A stretch of 64,000 nucleotides of DNA. It comes from Macrostomum hystrix (lineage: Eukaryota > Animalia > Platyhelminthes). The notes below the pieces were generated by a model. The model was not told the origin of the DNA and ran no database searches. It worked only from the letters and a program-made list of their open reading frames with translations. Positions 55,490 to 64,000 of the stretch are shown here, piece by piece; the first letter of the stretch is position 1, and each line of letters starts with the position of its first letter. The stretch is taken from positions 11,470,001 to 11,534,000 of the forward strand of contig CATNEN010000003.1 of assembly GCA_950097015.1 (NCBI GenBank), read 5' to 3'. Made by a program: the position numbers and the translations under genes.

Positions 55490-57825
55490 CAGATTTAGGT
55501 GAACAAAACTACTAGTATTTAGGTGAACAAACCTACTAGTATTTAGATGAACAAACCTACTAATATTTAGGTGAACAAACCTACTAGTATTGAGGTGAGA
55601 AACCTACTAATATTTAGGTGAACAAACCTACTAATATTTAGGTGAATAATAATAATAATAATAATTGATTACACCTGCCCCAATTGGGTCAGATGTGCAG
55701 CCGACAGCACAGCCGCAGCTAATGCGCGGCGCATCTGAAGGCTGCGTACAGCTGTTCAGTCCATGGACTGGGGGGACGCCACACCCACCTTCAATTATCC
55801 CAGCTGATGCTGGTACCCATTTAACAGCTGGGTGAACTGAAGCAATGCAGAGTTAAGTGTCTTGCTAAAGGACACAAATTGTTCAGGGGAGTCAGGAATC
55901 GAACCCCCGACCTTCAAGTCGTGAGTCCGACGCCCTAACCACTAGGCTACAACCTCTACTAATATTTAGGTGAACACACCTACTAATATTTAGGTGAACA
56001 AACCTACTAATATTTAGGTGAACAAACCTACTAATATTTAGGTGAACAAACCTACTAATATTTAGGTGAACAAACCTACTAATATTTAGGTGAACATACC
56101 TATTAATATTTAGGTGAACAAACCTACTAGTATTTAGGTGAAGAAACCTACGAATATTAAGGTGAACAAACCAACTAATATTTAGGTGAACAAACCTACT
56201 AGTATTTAGGTGAACAAACCTACTAATATTTAGGTGAATAAACCTACTAGTATTTAGGTGAACAAACCTACTAATATTTAGGTGAATAAATCTACTAAGA
56301 TTTAGGTGAAAAAACCTACTAGTATTTAGGTGAAAAAACCTAATAATATTTAGGTGAAAAAACCTACTAATATTTAGGTGAAAAAACCTACTAATATTTA
56401 GGTGAACAAACCTACTAATATTTAGGTGAACATATCTACTAATATTTAGGTGAACAAACCTACTAATATTTAGGTGAACAAATCTACTAAGATGTAGGTG
56501 AACAAACCTACTAATATTTAGGTGAAAAAACCTACTAGTAATTAGGTTAACAAACCTACTAATATTTAGGTGAACAAACCTACTAATATTTAGGTGAACA
56601 AACCTACTAATATTTAGGTGAACAAACCTACTAATATTTAGGTGAACATACCTATTAATATTTAGGTGAACAAACCTACTAGTATTTAGGTGAAGAAACC
56701 TACGAATATTTAGGTGAACAAACCAACTAATATTTAGGTGAACAAACCTACTAGTATTTAGGTGAACAAACCTACTAATATTTAGGTGAATAAATCTACT
56801 AAGATTTAGGTGAACAAACCTACTAATATTTAGGTGAACAAACCTACTAATATTTGGGTGAACAAACCTACTAATACTTAGGTGAATAAATCTACTAAGA
56901 TTTAGGTGAACAAACCTTCTAATATTTAGGTGAACAAACCTACTAATATTTAGGTGAACAAACCTACTAATATTTAGGTGAACAAACCTACTAATATTTA
57001 GGTGAAAAAACCGACTAGTATTTAGGTTAACAAACCTACTAATATTTAGGTGAACAAACCTACTAATATTTAGGTGAACAAACCTACTAATATTTAGGTG
57101 AAAAAACCTACTAGTATTTAGGTGAACAAACCTTCTAATATTTAGGTGAACAAACCTACTAATATTTAGGTGAACAAACCTACTAATATTTAGGTGAACA
57201 AACCTACTAATATTTAGGTGAACAAACCTACTAGTATTTAGGTGAAGAAACCTACGAATATTTAGGTGAACAAACCAACTAAGATTTAGGTGAACAAACC
57301 TACTAATATTTAGGTGAACAAACCTACTAATATTTAGGTGAACAAACCTACTAATACTTAGATGAACAAACCTACTAATATTTAGGTGAATAAATCTACT
57401 AAGATTTAGGTGAACAAACCTACTAGTATTTAGGTGAACAAACCTACTAATATTTAGGTGAACAGGCCTACTAATATTTAGGTGAATAAATCTACTAATA
57501 TTTAGGTGAACAGGCCTACTAATATTTAGGTGAACAAGCCTACTAATATTTAGGTGAACAAACCTACTAATATTTAGGTGAATAAATCTACTAATATTTA
57601 GGTGAACAAGCCTACTAATATTTAGGTGAACAAACCTACTAATATTTAGGTGAACAAGCCTATTAATATTTAGGTGAACAAACCTACTAATATTTAGGTG
57701 AACAAGCCTACTAATATTTAGGTGAACAAACCTACTAATACTTAGGTGAACAAACCTACTAATATTTAGGTGAACATACCTACTAATATTTAGGTGAACA
57801 AGCCTACTAGTATTTAGGTGAACAG
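55490..57825. repeat. 24-bp minisatellite (AATATTTAGGTGAACAAACCTACT), interrupted by a CORE-SINE
   Basis: More than 80 units; sibling of the 53985 array. Confidence 0.96.
55646..55954 (-). mobile_element. Full-length CORE-type tRNA-SINE inserted in a 24-bp minisatellite
   Basis: tRNA head GGTTGTAGCCTAGTGGTTAGG...GGTTCGATTCC, followed by TGTGTCCTTTAGCAAGACACTTAACTCTGCATTGCTTCAGTTCACCCAGCTGTTAAATGGG (CORE-domain-like) and an (ATT)n tail. Confidence 0.82.
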
Positions 57826-57879
57826 AAAATATTCCGAAAAATACTAAGCGATAGACTCAAAAGTTTCGAACTAAAAGAA

Positions 57880-58380
57880 GAATGTTTCGCCTAAGTAAAA
57901 AAGGAAAGCACAGTTATTTTAAAAGGAAGGTAATAATGGATTCACCTGGAAGGTCTATCTTAGTGATTTCTCTCAGTAGCACGCGACCTAATCAGGCGAT
58001 CTAAAGCACACGGGCGATCGGTAACCAACCAACTGTGAAGCATCAATCCAGCTATAGGACCCCAATTAACTCGATATACCTACTCTATAGTTTTAGTTTT
58101 AGCCTATTCAAAGTTAGTTGCTTAGCTAAATATCAAAGTGAGTTTAGGGAACAAGACCAAATTACATTTACTTTGTCAGGAAAGCAAGACAGAATCTGCC
58201 GAGTTCCCATAATCTTGATATCTAAATCCATTTAGTTTTTTCATGCTCAGAAAAGCAAAGATAAACAAAACACAAGTCACTCAACCACAAACAATATAGA
58301 TCAATTAAAGAGCCAGATAGATAAGACCCTTAGAAACAAGTTGCAGAATCATCTGCGGCGGTGTCTGATATCAAACAAAA
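57880..58380 (+). mobile_element. Possible decayed Penelope-like RT C-terminal remnant
   Basis: Fragments FLSVARDLIRRSKAHG, QDQITFTL and KTLRNKL in plausible order; frameshifted. Confidence 0.22.
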
Positions 58381-58879
58381 TTCTTTAAAATAAAATTGAA
58401 GGAAAAAAACTATATTTGCATGAGACTAGACGATTACGCAACTTACTAGCTCCTTAGACAAGGAGGGTCGTATTCAAATTTCTAACTGATAATATCGGAG
58501 TAGAAACTAGTTGGTTGCGTGTTTGTTTTTTCTACTCCCACACAGTCCATGGACTGTAAGACTGTACACAATTTGGTTGCAGATTTTATACGCGCATTTT
58601 TTTTCAATCACGTGATCAGTGTTTGTTTTCATAGTAACAAATCAGTCAGTTGCAGATTAGAAGAAACGGATGCATGGCCATTAAGTTGAGTCTTTCTCAC
58701 ACTTGAAGAGCTACCGCAAACTCCAGCCAAGTTTTCTCATTGTGCTTCGGATCTGAATTAGTTTCCTGAATTTGTTACTACTACTATGCCTGACCCTTAA
58801 CCCTAAACCGCCCACTTCTTTCGTGTGTGAAGAAAAAGAAACGGTAAAAAGTTTAAGGTAAAATACCTTCTATATATAT

Positions 58880-60161
58880 CAGGGGTAGGCAAACTTTTTT
58901 GCTGGCGGGCCAAAGAGAGAACCTAAAAGACGACAGCAGGCCGCATTGACTGTATAAATATGAGATAGAGGAGGGATGAGACACGGGAGAGATGAGACAC
59001 GGGAGAAATGAGACACAGGAGAGATTAAACATGGGAGAGATGAGACACAGAAAGATGATACACGAGAGAGATGAGACACGAGAGAGATGAGACACGGGAG
59101 AGATAAGACAGGGGAGAGATTAGACACGGGAGAGATGAGAAACAGGAGAGATTAGACACGGGAGAGATAATACACGGGAGAGATGAGACACGGGAGAGAT
59201 GAGACACGGGAGAGATGAGACACGGGAGAGATGAGACACGGGAGAGATTAGACACGGGAGAGATGAGAAACAGGAGAGATTAGACACGGGAGAGATGAGA
59301 CACGGGAGAGATTAGACACGGGAGAGATGAGAAACAGGAGAGATTAGACACGGGAGAGATGAGAAACAGGAGAGATGAGACACGGGAGAGATGAGACACG
59401 GGAGAGATGAGACACGGGAGAGATAAGTCACGGGAGAGATAAGACACGGGAGAGATGAGACACGGGAGAGATGAGAAACAGGAGAGATTAGACACGGGAG
59501 AGATGAGAAACAGGAGAGATTAGACACGGGAGAGATGAGATACGGGAGAGATGAGACACGGGAGAGATGAGACACGGGAGAGATTAGACACGGGAGAGAT
59601 GAGACACGGGAGAGATGAGACACGGGAGAGATAAGTCACGGGAGAGATAAGACACGGGAGAGATGAGACACGGGAGAGATAAGACACGGGAGAGATGAGA
59701 CACGGGAGAGATTAGACACGGGAGAGATAATACACGGGAGAGATGAGACACGGGAGAGATGAGACACGGGAGAGATAATACACGGGAGAGATGAGACACG
59801 GGAGAGATAATACACTGGAGAGATGAGACACGGGAGAGATAAGACACGGGAGAGATGAGACACGGGAGAGATTAGACACGGGAGAGATAATACACGGGAG
59901 AGATAATACACGGGAGAGATAAGACACGGGAGAGATGAGACACGGGAGAGATAAGACACGGGAGAGATGAGACACGGGAGAGATGAGACACGGGAGAGAT
60001 TAGACACGGGAGAGATGAGACACGGGAGAGATGAGACACGGGAGAGATTAGACACGAGTGAGATGAAACAGGACACTGTAGATGTCAGAAGGTGCAACGG
60101 GCCGGATTTGGGAGCTTCGAGGGCCGCATCTGGCCCGCGGGCCGGAGTTTGCCGACCCCTG
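58880..60161. mobile_element. Non-autonomous hAT (Charlie/Buster-like) MITE containing a 16-bp minisatellite
   Basis: TIRs CAGGGGTAGGCAAAC ... GTTTGCCGACCCCTG (14/15). 8-bp TSD ATATATAT / ATATAAAT with central TA. Subterminal GCGGGCC motifs typical of such elements. Confidence 0.85.
58975..60070. repeat. 16-bp minisatellite (GAGACACGGGAGAGAT) inside the hAT MITE
   Basis: About 68 units. Confidence 0.96.
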
Positions 60162-61521
60162 ATATAAATAGTCGTGATTGGCAAAGCTTGTTCAATTTAA
60201 ATTAGGATGTAAAATATCTACTAAAATATTGTAGAATACACACAAACACAAAACTACAAAAATGATTGCAGCCACCGTCTTGTGTGGCCTATCAGCTCAG
60301 TTCATAGTTGGGGTACAAAAATGGAATATCTAACTGTATTTTAAACTACAATTTCATGTTTTTCAACTATGCACCAAAAATATTTGGTTCAGAAACCAAA
60401 ACAGACAAGTTTAAAGCATGCTTTTAGCATTACTTTCTCTGTGTGTGGGGAGAAAACCGCTAAAACTGGTATCTTGCGTAACCATCCTTGGATTGACTTG
60501 TAAAAAAGTAAAGAAAGGTTTTGAAAATAATTGGTCATAAATGTGTCGAACTGAAGTTTTTCAAGGCTAGTATAGGAGGCGCTAATTTTATCCCAAGGGA
60601 ATAATCCAGAAAATACACAGGATTTCTGAATAACCCGCCTCTGTAATTTTATTCCCAGAAACTATCACTAAGGAAGAAGCTAGACGACGATTAACCAAAT
60701 AAAATGGCATCCCTATACCCTTAGGGTTGGCTAGACTTTGAATTAAATGGTTTCAGTTGAACAGACTAGCTCATAATATTCTATCATTTTATAATGGTAA
60801 TAAATTTCTAACAGGTTAGCTTCTTTTTAAAGAAGAAAAACAGACCCTCAGGCTCTTGGATTTAATTTTCAGCTCGTTTGGCTAGGATAAGAGGAGAAGG
60901 GATATTTAGAGTTGCGTCATATGCGTTTGGAGGGCTAAGAGATGATGATTCAGGGGAGGAGGGGGCAAGGGAGAACTGCCAGATGGGGGAAGGATGGGAG
61001 AATTTTCCCCCTCCTATTTCCTGCCGCTCCAGACTCATCAGACACGAGTCTCCTAGAAGAAGAATATCATTCTATATTTTCAGTTTCTTATCGAAAGAAG
61101 AATAATAATGACCCCGCCTGTATTGTTGATTACTTTAACAGCTACAAACTATAGGCGGGGAATTGACCCCATCATGGAGGAGCTGGGATAAAATGTTTAC
61201 TACGAGGTCACCTGTTACATCACCTTTTCATGCTTCATATGCTCAGCAAACTTCTCAAATTATGAAGACCCGGACCCGCACCTGAACTAACGCCCTAACT
61301 ATCATCCATAATCAGCAGCTAGATAGAGCATTAGGTGGATGGGCGGGTCATACAATCTCATAGAGTTAAAGATGGCAAAGACTTCCGGTTAATATGAGAC
61401 ATCATTAATTTGAAGGGAGATATGACCAGTTGATGATTGCGAGTATCAAATTTTGGCGATACAAGCTGAATATTGTTGTATTGTTGTTGACAGAGAAGCT
61501 CATTTACTCATCGATAAACTC

Positions 61522-62613
61522 AGTAGATAAGCTTTGAGGTAGTAGATAAGCTTTGAGGTAGTAGATAAGCTTTGAGGTAGTAGATAAGCTTTGAGGTAGT
61601 AGATAAGCTTTGAGGTAGTAGATAAGCTTTGAGGTAGTAGATAAGCTTTGAGGTAGTAGATAAGCTTTGAGGTAGTAGATAAGCTTTGAGGTAGTAGATA
61701 AGCTTTGAGGTAGTAGATAAGCTTTGAGGTAGTAGCTAAGGTCAGGAGGCAGTAGATAAGATCATGAGGTAGTAGGTGAGCCCATAAGGCAGTAGGTGAG
61801 CTCATGAGGCAGTAGGTGAGCTCATGAGGTAGTAGGTGAGCTCATGAGGTAGTAGGTGAGCTCATGAGGCAGTAGGTGAGCTCATGAGGTAGTAGGTGAG
61901 CTCATGAGGTAGTAATTGAGCTCATGAGGTAGTAGGTGAGCTCATGAGGTAGTAGGTGAGCTCATGAGGCAGTAGATGAGCTCATGAGGCAGTAGGTGAG
62001 CTCATGAGGTAGTAGGTGAGCTCATGAGGTAGTAGGTGAGCTCATGAGGCAGTAGGTGAGCTCATGAGGTAGTAGGTGAGCTCATGAGGTAGTAGGTGAG
62101 CTCATGAGGCAGTAGGTGAGCTCATGAGGTAGTAGGTGAGCTCATGAGGTAGTAGGTGAGCTCATGAGGTAGTAGTTGAGCTCATGAGGTAGTAGGTGAG
62201 CTCATGAGGTAGTAGGTGAGCTCATGAGGCAGTAGATGAGCTCATGAGGTAGTAGGTGAGCTCATGAGGCAGTAGGTGAGCTCATGAGGCAGTAGGTGAG
62301 CTCATGAGGTAGTAGGTGAGCTCATGAGGCAGTAGATGAGCTCATTAGGTAGTAGTTGAGCTCATGAGGTAGTAGGTGAGCTCATGAGGCAGTAGGTGAG
62401 CTCATGAGGTAGTAGGTGAGCTCATGAGGTAGTAGTTGAGCTCATGAGGTAGTAGGTGAGCTCATGAGGTAGTAGGTGAGCTCATGAGGCAGTAGATGAG
62501 CTCATGAGGCAGTAGGTGAGCTCATGAGGCAGTAGGTGAGCTCATGAGGCAGTAGGTGAGCTCATGAGGTAGTAGGTGAGCTCATGAGGCAGTAGATGAG
62601 CTCATTAGGTAGT
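61522..62613. repeat. 19-bp (GTAGATAAGCTTTGAGGTA) then 20-bp (GTAGGTGAGCTCATGAGGYA) related arrays
   Basis: Two homologous units joined by a short transition at ~61735-61790. Confidence 0.96.
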
Positions 62614-63302
62614 ATGCGTTGAATCGCTTGTGAAGGCAGTACATGAGTTGATTTGAGCTACTAAATAAGCTAATGAAGTCAGTGAGAGAAATGCTAACAA
62701 TATTTTACAAGTTGAGTTACAACATGTCATCCAAGCATAGGTCACAATCGCCTCGATAATTAACTCGCTAATTACCGGTGTTAGATTTCTTTTCTAAAAA
62801 TTACAAGTTACACAGAGGTCAATCGAGGCTGCAAAAAACTTTCCATTCAAGTGACCAGATGATAATTTTACAAGAAGAAAATTGTTGCTAATCTGCTTAA
62901 AGACACACAAATAGGCTTTAGTTGTTTTTTTCTTGCACTTAGCTAAAAAGCATCCTCTAGAAGAGCAGATATTCACAAAGAGTTAGGAACAGAACAGGGC
63001 CAAGTAGATAATTACACGTCAGGCCCTTAGTAACAGCATACACCACCTTATGCTCAGTCTGAAAAAGGCATTTACTATCAAAGAAGCAACGCAAAATGAG
63101 AACTCGCACTGTGCCTACGCGAACTCAAAATGCATATTTTATGCAGATATGTTTGTGACAGAAAGAAAGTTAGGTCTTCTAGATTGCTCCTAAGTGGGTT
63201 TGTGAGGTTAATTCTGGGGGACAGGTTAGTAGCCTCTCCACTCTTCTTTCATCTTTCACTAACTCCCTTTAGTATTATTGTGTCTCTTATATCACTATTC
63301 TG

Positions 63303-64000
63303 ACCCTCGCCTATCTCACTCTCACCCTCTGCTATCTCACTCTCACCCTCTCCTTTCTCACTCTCACCCTCTCCAATCTCACTCTCACCCTCTCCTTTCT
63401 CACTCTCATCTTCACCAATCTCAACCTCAGCCTCTCCTATCTCACCCTCAGCCTCTCCTATCTCACTCTCACCCTCTCCTTTCTCACTCTCACCCTCTCC
63501 TATCTCACCCTCAGCCTCTCCTATCTCACTCTCACCCTCTCCTTTCTCATTCTCATCTTCTCCAATCTCAACCTCAGCCTCTCCTATCTCACCCTCAGCC
63601 TCTCCTATCTCACCCTCACCCTCTCATATCTCACTCTCAGCCTCTGCTATCTCACTCTCACCCTCTCCTATCTCACTCTCATCTTCTCCTATCTCACTCT
63701 CACCCTCTCCTATCTCACTCTCACCCTCTCCTATCTCACTCTCAGCCTCTCATATCTCACTCTCAGCCTCTCCTATCTCACTCTCACCCTCTCCTATCTC
63801 ACTCTCATCTTCTCCTATCTCACCCTCTCCTATCTCACTCTCAGCCTCTCCTATCTCACTCTCAGCCTCTCCAATCTCACTCTCAGCCTCTCCTATCTCA
63901 CTCTCAGCCTCTCCAATCTCACTCTCAGCCTCTCCAATCTCACTCTCAGCCTCTCATATCTCACTCTCAGCCTCTCCAATCTCACTCTCAGCCTCTCCTA
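63303..64000. repeat. 21-bp minisatellite (CTCTCCTATCTCACTCTCASC), runs off the window end
   Basis: About 33 units. Confidence 0.95.

Noticed and set aside
55880-55954. tRNA genes at SINE heads (also 3397, 5614, 51970)
   Set aside because: A and B boxes are present, but acceptor/anticodon stems are imperfect, there is no poly-T terminator, and each continues into a SINE body.
53985-57825. ATTTAGGTGA matches the start of the SP6 promoter (vector contamination?)
   Set aside because: Only 10 nt match, CACTATAG is absent, and the motif is part of a diverged genomic array with a SINE inserted.
58794-58810. Telomere-like CCCTTAACCCTAAACC
   Set aside because: Only about two imperfect units; chance level.
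61005-61050. Minus-strand CTGATGAGTCTG...CAGGAAA hammerhead-like string
   Set aside because: The closing G-C pair of helix II, helix III/UH and helix I cannot be formed.

Overview
Eukaryotic (metazoan) genomic DNA with GT-AG introns. Poly-Q/poly-A-rich coding sequence and minisatellite-filled introns suggest a Macrostomum-like flatworm (inference only). Six protein-coding genes were reconstructed by hand from splice sites and reading phase. These are RPS3A (-, 4 coding exons plus a 5'TOP non-coding exon), an RFX5/RFX7-type transcription factor (-), a divergently transcribed ankyrin-repeat + NEK-like kinase (+), and the 3' part of Sidekick (-; 2 Ig, 13 FN3, TM, C-terminal SSFV). The other two are nested antisense inside Sidekick introns: a 3-exon beta-propeller-like gene and a single-exon 207-aa gene with a palindromic X-box upstream. 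Mobile DNA comprises a CORE-type tRNA-SINE (several copies), a second tRNA-SINE family, a ~580-bp GC-rich structured tRNA-headed insertion with a 15-bp TSD, a hAT-type MITE carrying a minisatellite, and probable Penelope relics. The most striking feature is that most larger introns hold their own private minisatellite (5-41 bp units). Several arrays start or end on the real splice site, or consist of repeated AG|GT, CAG|GTAAG or CTAAC-AG splice-signal units in the sense orientation of the host pre-mRNA. Most long ORFs in the supplied track are artefacts of these arrays.
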